In this document: positions 26,301 through 40,061 of the stretch, piece after piece
Layout: the number at the start of each line of letters is the position of its first letter
Numbering within the stretch: the stretch's first letter is position 1
Notes under the pieces: generated by a model
What the model was told of the DNA's origin: nothing
Seen by the model: only the letters and a program-made list of their open reading frames with translations
The model's database searches: none
Assembly (NCBI GenBank): GCA_030704615.1
Contig: CM060731.1
Coordinates: forward strand, 90,644,001 to 90,708,000
DNA from: Takakia lepidozioides
Taxonomy: Eukaryota; Plantae; Bryophyta
Direction of reading: 5' to 3'
Length of the DNA stretch: 64,000 nt
Translations under genes and position numbers: made by a program

Positions 26301-27198
26301 GAGGATTCCGTGCGAGAAATTCCCACCGCTCGCCTGCCCCAGATTCCGCCCGCTGTTATGCAGTATGGCCAAGCCATTGTGGAGACGATTGTATCTGCGT
26401 CACAGTGGAGAATTGCTTGCACAAGGCCGACGTTTCGAGGCAGGTGTTCCGCAATTTGAGTGGATACACGGCAACGTTGTTTAGAGATGATAAGGAGGAA
26501 TCCAGATGGGGCTGTCCGTGCTCCTACTTTTACAGGAAGATTTGTCCATGCAAAGTTTTCGGAGGCGACAAGTTCTGCAGGCATGACATTATGACTTGCG
26601 TGTATGGAAAGCCCAAGTACGGCATACAAACAATGCTAGAGGCTCCCCCAGTCTGGCCGGTGGAACCAGGATGCGATCTGAGTCAGGTTGAGGCCGACGC
26701 CCTTACTGCCGCAGGATTTCGGATGGTGCAGCGCACTGACGTCCCAAACAACCATTTCCGCTTCCACAGCCTCCACCACCGACCACTATGAGAGCAAGAA
26801 CAATGGGATGCAACAACTCTAAGCATCCTACACACCGTTGGGGGAAACCGAAGAGGCGGAAACCTCCCTCAAAAGTGAACAAGACAAGGATGGGGAATGC
26901 ACTTCGGATGAGCTGTACAATCTAGAGCTCAACAGAAGTGCCCCCACCAGGCTTTGGGCATATGTATCAGATGGCCACGGCAAGCTCAGCTGTCCGCAAT
27001 GAGGTGTACACCATCACCATTTCAGAATTACCCACCTGCAATTGCACCGACTTCTAGATCATGGCAAACAAGGGGGCATCATACGTGTACCTAAAGAGAC
27101 TCCGGTGTAATTCCACAACTCATCACTTCATACATGCACCAGGGTTGAGCCCCCAAGAGGTGTACATTCTTCTGAATATGGATCCAGGGGACCAGTGA
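23382..27198 (+). pseudogene. MULE transposase, copy 1 (GCM-like ZnF, DDE, SWIM), disrupted
   Basis: ORFs 24183-24569, 24590-25825, 25833-26459. Motifs VMFD, FMAD, CGFH, NMAES. The SWIM CPCKH segment is lost by a small deletion. Start approximate. Confidence 0.88.
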
Positions 27199-29688
27199 GT
27201 TTGGCTTGCGGGCCACAAGACAATGTTATGCCCATCCTTTTCGAAGTTTCAGTTATAGTAGAATTGTACTGCTGCAAGTACCTCTGACTCTGACCACAAA
27301 AAGGTTCGATTTATGTCTTCCCTACCAGTAACCTATTTTGCTCGAACTAAGATAATACTATGCCATTAACTTCTGTTTCCACGTGCTTGTATTTTTGTTT
27401 TTTGGGGGGTTCCTGTTTTTCTGCTCTCCCAAACTTTGCTTTCCTCATTGGACCCCCCGCAAGGAAATGCGGCGCTGCATTTCCAAGTAACGTCGTAGGT
27501 ACTGGTAGTTGCGGCCTTCGTCATAGTAAGATAGTCGCACCGAGTCTTCAGGGGGCCGACCGTCGTGAACAGCGAACCCCTCAAAAATCTCGCACGTGCG
27601 AGCTGTAATGCGGCACCGCATTTTCCAGTTGAGTCGCAAACCTTTCCCGCCGAATGCAGGAAGAAGAAAGAATTTTGAAGCACTGCAGACTCTATTGTTG
27701 CATTGGGATCATACAATCGCGGCAAAAGGGTCAGCTTCATTCCAATGTTAGGGCATATGAAACCGCAGAATACTCTATACAGGCCAGTATGCGGTGTCTT
27801 TTTGCTGTGGTATATTGGATTTCTCGTTGCACGGTCAGTCATTTCCATGAGCAGATCTAAAAAACCATGAGCGGAATTGTTACTGACGACATATCTTCGC
27901 CGCATTACAGGATCTGGAACTTCCAAAAACGGCAATGTCAAATTAAAAAATATTATTTTAATACTTTTTTAATCTGCCGCATTTCCAAATTTGGAGGAGT
28001 CCGCTCATGAAAACCGCGTGTCTTGGACTTCGGCTCACCACTCATGCGGCTCTTGCGGCTCATGGCTCATGGTTTCTGCTCATGAAATAGTAAACCTCCG
28101 GCGATGCATCATTCAGATCAGTGTCTAGGCTAGGAGGGGAAGATCGCTGAGGACTTGAGGCTTCTGCAATCGTCACTATAGGGGCCAAGGGTGCCTGGGA
28201 ATCACCCACCCAGCTGGGGCTGGCTGGCATTGAAGAAGAAGGGGGATCCAGGTAGATCAGGCCCTTGGATTGGGCCTGGTGCGCCATGAAGAACCCGGTT
28301 CCAATGGAGGGCTGTAGGCGCCTGGGATCGCCGAACCTGGAGGGACTTGCTCTTGAGGGAGCCGATCTGAAGGCTTGATTGAGAAGAGGACCCATTGGTG
28401 GAGCAGAGAAACAGCTGCGGAAGACTCGAGACTTAAGGGAGCTGGAGAAGACTGGGTGGGAGATAACAAACGAGAATGAGAATGAAGAGAGCAACGAAGG
28501 AAGAGAGAGCAAGGAGCTGCAGTCTTTCGAGAGAGACTGAAGCGGCGCGCGTACAAAAAGGAGAGGTGACGAGCTTGGCTAAGCAGCTGAATGAAGGCAC
28601 TGGAGCAGCGAGTGAGGGATGCAGGTGGGGAATTTAGTGAAGGTGACGGCTGCCTGGTGGCAATAGCAATAGCCAGAGCTTGCCGGTGATCATTACTCGG
28701 ATGAAAGATGGAGTGAGATGATTGGCTCGGGCAGGGTTAATGAGGGAAAATGGGATGAGGTTCACTAGCAAGGCGGCTTAGCATTAAGGGAGATTGATGA
28801 GAACTTACTTGTGGTATAGATTCCTAAACATGCCAGAGGGATGAAGATGGCTTGTTCATCAGGGGATGAAGCCAAAACTGGAGTTTGAAACGACCTATCG
28901 GTTGAGGACTTGGGCGATGATGGTTCAAAATGAGAGAAGGGGTACGGGGGTTAGCTTCAAGGACATGATGATGATTCGTACGCATGAAGCTGGAGACGAG
29001 GATGAAGAAGCACCATAGAGAGCCATTCACGAAGGGCTCTCTCTCACCGCATAACGCGGAGCTCTTCCTCCGCCTCCATCTTTCGCAGTTTTCTCCACAA
29101 AATAGAAGTTGATTCGGAAAAAAAAAAAAACACTCAATTTTATAAAAAAAGAAAAAAAGAAAATGTAATGGACGATTTTGTATTCAAAAATTAATATTAT
29201 TCTGGGCTCGTCCCTCATCTTCTTTGATGTGTATTTTGCCTTATGGCATCTTTCAGGGTTTAATTTTTCCCTCCTTCAATAAAGTAATTGGCCAACGCCT
29301 TTTATTTAAAAAATAATATATCTATTATTTGTTTTTATTCTCTCATCTGCTCACATGGCTAAACCTATTCTCAAGTTTAGCCACAGAGGGATGACGTGGC
29401 CTTATGTGTGACTGCGTCTGTCGCTCCACAAATCCTTTCGACAGTGCCAGGACTTACCTCCATGCAGGTAATGTAACTACACGTAAGTGCATTTAGAACA
29501 CTGGTATTACCTCCCTGAAAGTATAACTTTGAACTAGCTTCCTTTGAATAGTACCCAGGTGTGTCAGCGTGAGAGTATTGTATACATGTCGGTATCACTG
29601 TGTCAATGAACAACCTCCTTGGAGGTTGTGTGTGATCTGATTTATTGTGTATGTGTATCCAAAACCACAACTTGGAGAAGTTACGAGA

Positions 29689-29719
<31 letters not shown>

Positions 29720-29726
29720 GGTGGGC

Positions 29727-32700
29727 GATGGAGTCGGGGCTTCTACCCCGCAATTTGTACACCGCCGCTGTGGGGCACGCTGCGCCTTGCTCAACACGTC
29801 GTCGTCCCTTTGCAGCCATAGTCAAGCTCGGCACGTCCTCTTTGCAAGTTTGTAGTCGTTCTGTATTTTGTTCTCGGAATGAAATACTTTCCTCAGGAGC
29901 AGGTGTCGCGTGTCTGGTGGACAGATCACCTATGCCTTCCAACGCTCAGGTTGTTTTTTCTCTCCTTTCGGGCACTGAATTGCGGATTTTTTCGCATTCT
30001 CAATTACATCCATTCTATGAACCCGAGCAAGATTTTATTTGTCTTCTTCCAAGGTCTCAATGACCAACATAGATTCTTCAAAGGACACAGAGAGCAGCCA
30101 GATGCTCGATCCTATGGGTGGACCACTCTATTCATATTAGGGGTGGGAACTATGAATTCTCTCCAATACAGAGTAGCCATAATACAGGGCAGGCCTTGCA
30201 AGTCAAGTCGCCATCCTCGCATTCGTTCGACATGCTTGGACCGGGTGGTTAAGGCGTCAGTGGAGAAAACACATCTTGCAGTACTTAAAGGAATAGTCGT
30301 ACTAAGATTGTGACAGGCTCGGGACTTTTTACCGGGAATATTCCCTTTGAAGTTCCTCAATTTGTAGCAATACATACCTGACAGAGTCTGTCTACTTTGT
30401 GAAATTTTCGACATTGTTTTGCAAACGATATCTTAGGCATGATTCGCCTTTACTCTTTGCTCATTTTCATCTGGTTATACGTTTTGTACAGTTGCTTAGA
30501 CCACATGATGGAAAGTTCAAGACCAGCTTTTATCGGCCTGCTGGTATTCGGAGCCAGGCTGAGGCTGTTGATTCCTATCTTTCTCCAAAAGGGAAAAACA
30601 AGAAAGGTCTTTTACAACTACTCAGCTTTAGGGGTATCTGTGTATGTATTCCACTCAGCTTCTTATGTTTAGCGCACTGTGCCCACATATAAGGGTTCCG
30701 GATTGTTACAGGAGTTACCTGGAGTTTGCAGCATGGGGCACACCCAGGTTGTGCCAGGGCATCGCCTCACCAAAAATGAGTGCGAAGGGGGCAAGTCTGT
30801 ATGGAAGAATGGTTCATCATAATATGCTGTTGCACCATACATACCTGGTGCTTTAATTATGCCTAGTTAGTACCCTAAAGGGTCATGGAGGCCCTAGGAC
30901 TTGTGCTGGCTTCATTTTCTGCTTGTATATGTCATATGCTATACCCCAAAATATGAGATTTGGTCTTTCAGTCTGTTCATGGGAACAAGCTGCTTGCAGG
31001 TGGTATTGCACATTTGGAGCTTGAGACTGGGAGTAGGAAAAAGAAGACATCATTTGATGGAATATTTCTGCTCTTGCTACTCAACATGACAATGTTCATA
31101 GCTGACCATTGGTTCAAGGTTTGACTTTGATGACCTTTCTTTTTACCGATTCAATCACACGCTTGAAAGAGATCATCGGCACATGTCTTGGCAAAACTAT
31201 GATTTTCCTGATAGTGGCTGCAATCAGTGTCTTTCTGCTCTAAGTTGAGTTTAGCGGCTGTCTGTGGCTATGGCATCCACTGACTCCTAGTGGGCAACTA
31301 AATATTCCTGTATGCACATTTCTGTGTTTGTGTAGACATGAGTTGTATTCATGCTTGTTGTAGCCAAGGGAGAGATATGTTCTTGTTGGTATCGCACTAC
31401 AGAGCCCAGCAATACTCATCTCCCATTAACTTGGCCCCACAGAGAAAGAGGAAATACCTTTATGGGTTGGGAAATGTGGGGGCATGCAGCTGCGAGGCAT
31501 GAAGATGCTGTATTTATATCATGATTATCCCCATTGGTATCAGTTCATCACATCTACGTTTTGCCACGCCAGCTGGTATGCTCTTCGTGTTCCTCACTGG
31601 CCACTTGGAGGGATATCTCTTAACCTGTGTCTCATGTGTGGCAAATCTGTGACTACATCTCATTGGTCCCTCTGGAGATTTCCAAGACCATGACTTGAAA
31701 GGTGGAATGTTTGTCCTTCAGGATGAATGGATGCTAATGGTAGACTATCAACCTTAGTTGGTAGTTGGTAGGTTGCATACTACATTTCAGACTATTTGAA
31801 GGCTTCAGCTGTGCATGTCAGGGGAGAGGAAAAGGGGAAACAACTTGGGTGTTTGTATGAATTTTAATTATAGTTTTAGGTGACAGGGCTTCAGTCTCTT
31901 ACCCTGTGGACTTTTAATAGTCTAGTTGCTCAATATCAGAACCCATGTCTGTTGGCTGATTGTTTCTTGCCAATAGATTTGAATCCTGGGGCCATGTGGG
32001 TGTTTGCAGAGAGCCATTATTAAAATGAATATAGTGTACCCACATCTGCATCCCCCTGCTTTTGCAGGAGCCACCTCTCCAGCAACCTTTTCTTCTTGTA
32101 CATTTTTGGTACGTCCTCTTCTCCTGGTGACAAAATATTTAAGTTACACATTAAGAAGTGTCTGTTTTTTTGAGGATGTAGCACTCATACAATTAAAACC
32201 ATATTAGGTGTGTTTTTTCCCCTTGAACAATCAATGGATGCTTCTAAGGAGATGAACAAACAGGAAGAGAGATAGATCATGTTCACAAGTAGTTGCTCTA
32301 ACTGTTGTCTATGTAGTCAAATGGGCGAAGAAGAAGAAGCAGGAACAGAGACACGAAGGCGTCACAAAGAATGTACTCATAAGACGTTTGCCGTAGCCTT
32401 GTGGCTTGACCCCGCGCTCAGTTTGAACGGAACACAAAGGGACAGAACCTACCTCTGTCAGGGGCTGACGTCGGTAGTAAGACGTACCTTGGTAAAGAAC
32501 ATTGATCCGGGTTTTCCAGATATCCTCTAGAAATCCCTTCACACAAGCATCAATCTGCTGTGTGTGGTTTGCCCAGTAACTAGGCCCCAGAAGGGCCTAG
32601 GCTTTTGGCTCAGCCTCCAGACTTTCAAAGTTGGTAAACATAGGTACAGGCACAATTCCCTTGATAGATTTGAGGAGAGCGTCTCTCTGGTGAGAGTACC

Positions 32701-34270
32701 CTGGACAGTGTATCAGGAAATGAATATTGTCTTCGGGTTGCCCACACAACGGGCAAGTGCACTCTCCCTTTCCTCTCTGCTTCTGTTTACTGTTCAAAGG
32801 TAGGCTTCCTCACCTGAGTTTAAATATCAGTCTGGTGCCGAGAGTGGGTAGACCCTTGAGGTCATCCATGATATCCTCCCCCATGTCACAGACTGGAAAC
32901 AGGTTCAGGCGTCACAAAGAAAGAGAGAGAGAGGCTAAGAGGGAGAGATGTTCTGTCTTAGGATATTAATTATTGTAGCTCGTATTTCTCTGTAATTGTT
33001 TTTGCGAAGGTAAACTGGTGGAGGAAGAGGAGGGCAGCTTGGCTGTGTGGATATCCTACTTGGTGACAGGCATGGGAGCCAATCTGGTGTCATGGTTGAT
33101 TCTACCACGGACTGTCATATCTGCTGGAGCATCAGGGGCTGTCTTTGGACTTTTTGCCATCAGTGTACTTGTCAAGGTATGCATCCTTGCTCCTCAAACT
33201 TGGTTGATTCCAGTTTGTTTTCTTTGCTCCATCTGTATTTCTTCCTACTTTTACTTAATTTGTTTGTTCTTTAAAAGAAGTGCGCTACATTGCTGATGAG
33301 TAGAAGGGCTGTAGGTCTGTTCCTTGTTGCTCTGTGAACATAGTTTTTGTACATCTCTGACCCAAGACTTCTGAGTGACTTTGTCATTTTCTGTCAATTG
33401 TGTGTTCTTAGTATGTTGCAGTGGTGATGTCATGCCAATTGAACTGTAATGGTTTTCTAGAGTGGAGTGCTTGAAAGTAAGATGGGGCCCAGAGCATAGT
33501 TTTCTGTGTGGATGGATTTTTTCCTAGCTTTGTGTTCTATGAGGAAATGAAGGATGACGGGGGCTGGGGTGGTTGCAGATAAGCTTTGACTGGCGGAAGA
33601 TATTGGAAGTGCTCATTTTGGGTCAATTTGTTGTGGAAAAGGTACGACGTATCTCATCACCATTTAGGGAGTAGGTTCTTTAATGATCAAAGGCAGGGAG
33701 TAATGGGCTCATTCATTTGACCTTAGTATGTGAAGTTTGGTGAAGTTAGGTCCTAGCGAGAAACCCAGATTTTAGGATTTAATCCATTGAGATACGTGCA
33801 GTGTCTCACTACATGCAACAAAATCAAATGGTACCATCCTGATATGGATGTGCTGTAGAGAAAATTGAAGAGATTTGTTGGGCACCACTTGGAAAGGTAG
33901 GGACCATTCTCTTTTCTGCAGTGGTTGGAAATGTGGTCCGATCAATCCCTCAGTGTGTCAATGTGGTCCTTGTTGCCAAGTCTGTCCTTCTTGCCATCTT
34001 GCCAGCCACTGTCCGAACTGAGTCTGATGTTCTAAACACCAAGTCGTGGCTGGCAGTCTGATGAGAACATTTTTCTGTATCTGGCAGGTGATGGAAGCAG
34101 CACGGGCATCAGCACAGCTGACAGGTAACGCCTTTGGACCAGCTGCCAATATCAACCATGTTGCACACCTCTCCGGGGCTCTTGTGGGAGTGGCCCTCAT
34201 TTGGTTGATCAATCAGATTCCAAACTTGGGAGATAGTCAGTTGAAACAATCATCCCATTTGAAGGATTGA
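29727..34270 (+). CDS. RBL11: Chloroplast rhomboid-like intramembrane protease (RBL11-like), multi-exon
   Basis: GT-AG exons 31000-31118, 31490-31575, 32068-32108, 33010-33176, 33579-33641, 34088-34270 give WYQFITSTFCHASWSHLSSNLFFLYIFGKLVEEEEG...GASGAVFGL...NHVAHLSGALVG (catalytic GAS and H). 5' transit-peptide exons uncertain. Confidence 0.9.
32372..32906 (-). mobile_element. 5'-truncated LINE in a rhomboid intron
   Basis: 15-bp TSD AGGCGTCACAAAGAA (32357-32371 and 32907-32921); C-terminal LINE zinc knuckle CPLCGQPEDNIHFLIHCP. Confidence 0.85.
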
Positions 34271-35408
34271 CCGAAGGACAGTAGCATATTGGCAGCATTA
34301 GACTCTTGTTGGACTGAAGCTGTTCTTAAAAGGCTTCCAGCATTTGATGTGGTTCATTTGGATTTTTTCATTGAACTCTGGTGTATCAGACATTTATCAT
34401 TGTTCCTTGTTGAAAACAAACTGCCTATGATTCATTATTGTATTGTTCAAATACCTACAAGATGCTTGAACTATGTTTTTTTTCCAGGTGCTAATATATC
34501 CTCTTTGGAGAGGTGATAGTATGGTTGTGGGGGACCCATGAAATGATACTTCAGCAAACATCAGAGGGCATACTGTTGTTTTTCCCAGCTTTAGTGTAGG
34601 TTTAACATCTAAGATGTGGACATCAGCAATCCACACATCATCATAGCTTCTGATATGTACATATAGGATGCCAGCTAGTGCAGAGCAAGCTCTCTAAAAT
34701 CAGAGAGAAGGCCACGCAAAAGCCCTCCATGGCGAAGCCCGACGACAGGTTTATCCATCATTAGGGGGAATGGTGAAATGGGTGATGTTGATGAGAAGCC
34801 CAATGGATGCCTCTACCTCCATCTTTTTAAGTAACGCACAACAGTTATGGTAAATGGTCCTAATAATGCTCACTTTCAGCATGCACCTGTCACATTTTGC
34901 TTAACCTAATGGAATTTCAGTTTTTCTTTTACATGGTCTTTTTTTTTAATAGTTGGCAACCCATACATATTTTTCATTATGTGAAATCTATAAAATTGAG
35001 AATAACCCATCAGGTTTTCATGCAATGGGTATGGGATCTCTAGAAACATAGAAAAATCCCTAATATTGCGCACTTGATTGTGCACCCTCATGGTAAAAGT
35101 CACAACTAAAATTGCAGGACAGCCAATGGCTACACTCTCACTGTAGCTGACAGGAGAAACAAGGGAGCACCGCAGATACAACCTATTTCGTTATGCCTTA
35201 AATCTTACTTTTGGAAAGAAGTTGAAAGTGTAAGCAGATCCCCAGAATATCTAGTTCATGTTGTCTGTCCAGCTTCACAGCTCAGGTTTGGAGACATAAT
35301 CAAACCCCCTCAAAATCCACTTTTTGGAACAAAGGCTGTTGTTTTCACAATGACTTCATTTGCAATATGAGGACTCTCATACATCCTTACTTTTGCGCAT
35401 GAAACGGC

Positions 35409-36360
35409 TTACGCAGAAACAACAAGGAAGGTGAGAATAATCAATAAGGCAACCAGAAAGACAATCATCATCACTTGTCCCTTCCATCCAGCCTTCTTCA
35501 TCACGATAGCCAACCTTTTCTGCGCACCAACCCGCAGAGACATTCCCATTTCCCTGTTACCTCAAGACGAGTCGCAATGCTTAATGCATAACATGTATGC
35601 AAACTAGTCTTTCAAAGAAATCTTTCTCTGACACACACTGTCAAGTACACAAACGAAATGCTTACTCACTAGGCAAACTGAGCTCTTTGATTGTCTTGGA
35701 TAGGAAGGGAGGGTAGTTGTGACAGATGACCTACCTGAACAAACTCAAGCCTGGTAAATGTGTTGTTCATGTCATGAGCCAAATCATCAATAATTCTCTC
35801 CTGCCAACACCATTGCATCCCACACAGATTGGTCCACCTATTGTTTTGCCTCATCCAAGCTGTGAATGACATGCCATGACCGATAGTTTTGACCATCAGA
35901 AAAAAAATTCTTTATACCACTCAGGACCCCCAACGAGCTTACGGCACAGTAGTGTGGAACACACAACCAACCAAAGGAAAACGACCTTCTATCCCCTGTC
36001 TTAACAACAGAGACGAACGAGCTAAGGGAGGGGGGGAGTCTGTGAGTGGATCACAAGTAGGTCCAATCAGCTCCCATTTCACAAACAAGAGAGACAACCA
36101 TGACCATATCATATGGAGACAACATCCTACTCTGCTGGTCAGGGGAGAGAACGGATGGAAGAAATAGAGAGACCCATAACTACATGAGTTTGAGAGTCCA
36201 ATGTGTTATGATTGTCTACTAGGCTGGCAACCCAATCAAACAACCAAGTAGGCAATGGTGAGAAAGCACCTGTCCAGACAACTCCTCATGAATGGTGAGT
36301 CCAACACCACCCAAGCGCTCCACGCTAGCACTCAGCTCATCCAGATCCTCATCTTGTTCC
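35409..36360 (-). CDS. SYP61: Syntaxin-61-like Qc-SNARE, last three exons (5' exons not located)
   Basis: Exons 36270-36360, 35735-35800, 35409-35519: EQDEDLDELSASVERLGGVGLTIHEELSGQ|ERIIDDLAHDMNNTFTRLEFVQ|KRLAIVMKKAGWKGQ plus TM helix; GT-AG junctions, in frame. Confidence 0.88.
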
Positions 36361-37154
36361 CTGCAACCACACATGCAAGCTTCAACACAGAAGTACTCAT
36401 TCCCACAAAAAAACTTAGGTTTCAGGAGCAAAAATTGTTGTCGGAAGAAACTCGGTAAATCCTCGAAAAATCAATGGACTGTGCAAATTATATCTGAAGA
36501 GCAGGCATTCGAAAGTTTGCCTTAAGATGGAAATGGGTGAGCATGAATTGGGTCGAGAGGTGAGTGTCAGACAAAGATACAAACACAAGCACAAGATATA
36601 CGTAGTCATGAAAGCAAAACCATCACATCATGTCTCTGTAAGATAAGTCTTTTATCCTCATGTACAACAGTGCCATCCGTTTCTCCAGAACACGTGTTCA
36701 AACCACCTTGTCTAGTTCAGCACTTCTCTATAGCTTGCTTCCTAGTTCCAAGTTGAGTTTTAAGCTAGAGCTTGCTGCAATGAGCTGGATTTGGATCCTC
36801 TTCCGCCTTAAGGGGCCACGGTGCAGCCAGGGCGAGTGTGTAAACAACCAACTCACCTAATTATAAGTGCATGTCGATCAAACTCATTGGCAAGAAAACT
36901 ATCATGTACAGTTTGAGTGGTCTTTGATTCAGAGAGGTCGGCTCACCACCTGCAATCGGTGGGTGTTCAGAGAGGCCGGCTCACCACCTGCAACATACCT
37001 GTGCCACCACTTGCCACATATCAGGCCCAACCTTAGAACATGTGGAATATCTTTCAAGCAGATATTTAGATACTACCCTAAAAAAAGCCTTAAGTGAAGC
37101 TAACACATTTCTGAGGTACGTGGTGTTCAATAATACCATTGTAACATAAACTCC

Positions 37155-39060
37155 TTAGGTAACCGGAGGCAGCAAAGGTGGAGGTAAACCTTGTTCCATC
37201 GATTCCTTCACTGCTTGCCTATATCTTCTGTTGATGGAGTCTTCGTCATAGTCACTGTCTTGAGGAGCACTTACCTCCTTACCTTTGCGTCGAGTCCGCC
37301 CAGACGATGAAGCAGCTTTGCTCTTCCGTGCTGCTTCTTTCTCCACCCTTACCCTCTCACGAATTGCTTTGGCAATCTCTTTCTGTTGTTGTAGTTCTTC
37401 TTGCCTTTTAAGACGTTCAGCTTGTTTTTGTTCTTTGTCTTTGGCCCTCTGGAGGCGGCCAACTTCCAATTTCTCAAGCCTTTTTTTCTTCCTTTCCTCT
37501 ATATCAAGTTTGCGTTGTTGGCCAACTAAGACCTTTGCTTCCTTCTGCAACCGCTGCTCTCTCAAATATTCCTCATACTCCGAGCCGGTGATGCACGCTT
37601 GCGATGCAATAGTCTGCCCTCGATCTTCTGCAATATGAGGTGGCGGGAGGCTTGGTAATGTAAGAAGATCCACAAGTGTCGGCCTAGGCTCATCAATGCT
37701 AAGCTGTGACACACGTTGTGATAACTCTTCTTCTTCACTAAAGACCATCATGTCCAAGAGAGACTCTGGTGGATTTTCATTGTTGTCATTGAGAGGGCTC
37801 TCATGGGTTGATTCTTTGTCAGACCCTGAGTCTTCATGATGCCCTGAACTTGAGGTCAAGAACCCCTGTCAAGGTCATTGGAGTCAAATATTGTACTTGG
37901 GCCCATATGAGAGTCAAGAGCATGTGGATCTAATGGAAATATCCCTGTTTTGTGGAACCCTGCTTTAACGTTCTCCACAGTGCAAGTTGCCTCTAGGGCC
38001 TAAGATGCCAAAGTTGCCAATGCCACTTTATTGCCACCATTCAACCACTTTGGGTTCGCTGCAATCATCTCTTTCCGTAGCTGGCCGAACCTCAGCTTGA
38101 ATGCTCGGAAGACTGCCACATCCAATGGTTGAAGCCTATGTGAAGTGTGAGGGGGTAGTAGGGCCACTTGTAAACCCATATCTCGCGCAATTTTCACAGC
38201 CTCCTCTGTGAGATGGCTTCCATGGCCATCCAACAAGAGAAAATGTAGGTTGTCAGGACTTACTCCTCCAGGCACGGACTGCTGAAAGTGCTTTAACCAC
38301 TCAATGAACAGGTCATTATTCATCCACCCACTTGGCTGCACACTCATTCGCAGTTGATGATATAGTTCTCACGAATTGAATTTCCAGAAAAATGGTATTG
38401 AGATGGTATCTGCTGTCCACTTGCGTTGATGCAAACTACAACTGTCAGCCATTCTCGATTACCAGAACTCCTAGTCAAAACTGCCTTGTTTCCTTTCCTT
38501 GCAATGACTTTGGCTCCACCAATCTTTATGCTTGCTGAAAGTCCTGTTTCGTCGACATTCCACACATGAGTTGGTAAGAACTTGGACCTGGCATATGTTT
38601 CACCAATGAACTTGTAGAAGGTACTACATCGCTCTGGACTCACATTCTTTGCTCTCTTAGCATCGAGGCCTTGTGGCGTCCGCAAAACAAGGTGTGGGTG
38701 CCTCAATTGGAAAAACCTCCACCACTTATTCCCGGGCATTCCAGCTTTGAAAGGTGTGGAATGACCTTCACAAATTTGCTTGACTTTGCTTTTTAACATT
38801 TGCAAAGATACACAATGGGCTACAACTTGCATATCCTCACACCATTTCACCAGTGCACTTTCTTCATCTGGTCTCAAACTACACCAGTTTGTGATGCCCT
38901 CCCTTGTCACACGTCAAACAATTGGCAAGCAGATCCACCCTGTATTTTGCTTCAGCTTCAGAAGGACCTGCCGCATGCGGCCTAAATCATAGGCTTTCCA
39001 AGCTTGGGACCCTTGTTGGCCTCCACACCAATTTTTCTGTCCTTAGATCTTTGCCGTGAC
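37155..39060 (-). mobile_element. pogo/Fot1-like (CENP-B HTH plus DDE_1) transposase, degenerate
   Basis: EESALVKW...KWWRFF..RHP, WNVDETG, LLLDGHGSH, LPPHTSHRLQPLDVAVF, and a C-terminal K/E-rich coil. Confidence 0.88.
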
Positions 39061-40061
39061 CCTTCACCTATAGCAATCCTGACAGTTCATTGGGAAGTAG
39101 CTGTGCCACTGCCTTCCAGTATGCATTGTCTGTACTTTTATGGAAGTTCTCTTGATTTGCTGGAAAAACCTGCCCAATAGACAGCATGGCCCTTATGTTC
39201 AGTGCACGTATGTGCATTGTATTTAGATATGTAAATCTCTACGTAAAATATAGACCCACATATGTAATAGTTTGTATACATGTGTGTCAGTGAATTTGAC
39301 CACATGCCTGCACTCAACGATCTTACTCTTCCGTTGCAAACTTACTGAATGAATGCATGGGCACTTCAAACCTTCAGATAATCTCCAATGCCAAGGCAGG
39401 GCAGAGGACACTCAAGCGCATATACAACTCACATGAGGCAGCTAAAAGGGATAAATGTTTCTCTTGATGTCCAGATTGCACGGTTCCCTTCTGCATCTGG
39501 ATCTCAGTATTCATGGATCATTATTGTATGGCAATATGACAAAATGATGAGTCGGACACCAGTGCAACCATTCACTGGAAAAGTTAGAGAGTCTCTACAC
39601 ATGAGCAATAGACAAATCATATTGAACAGCCTAGTAGTGATTTTGGTTTCTTGACTGTGGTGACATTGATTCTTTCTACCTTTGTCAAGGGCTGTAGGGA
39701 ATTTCAAATTGGTGACTCTTGAATTTATCCCACTGTCTCTCCAAACAAGAGTTGGGTCCTTGATTCACTTTCATCTAAACCTGAAGGGCCTTTCTTTCTT
39801 GGCAATTCTTGGTGGCTGATGGCCCTCAGTCCTGATTGCTGCTACATGATTGTGTAGCCATCATACATGTTGATCGTTCAATGACAGAGACCGGATATAG
39901 ACATTCATCCTTCAGATTTGACTATTTGGGAATATCAGTGGATTACTGCCACACAATTTCAAAGAATCTGTCAAACTCTTACATTATTCAATCAGAAAGT
40001 GCTCCGCATTGTGAAAAAATAGTATACCCTTGAAAAAGAGCTAACCACAATGAGTACTTAC

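Larger units (their letters stand above)
20430..28098 (+). mobile_element. Left-truncated copy 1 of the GCM-MULE family
   Basis: Colinear homology to ~49150-56390; identical right terminus CTGCTCATGAAATAGTAAACCTC ending at 28098. No left TIR found; left boundary approximate. Confidence 0.88.

Noticed and set aside
27366-27941. Extra gene near the right TIR (also 56004-56240)
   Set aside because: No recognisable motif, the frame is not maintained in copy 2, and the similarity is explained by DNA homology.
28100-29050. Possible LINE ORF1 or gene (ORF 28060-28512)
   Set aside because: Low-complexity S/P-rich translation with no diagnostic motif.
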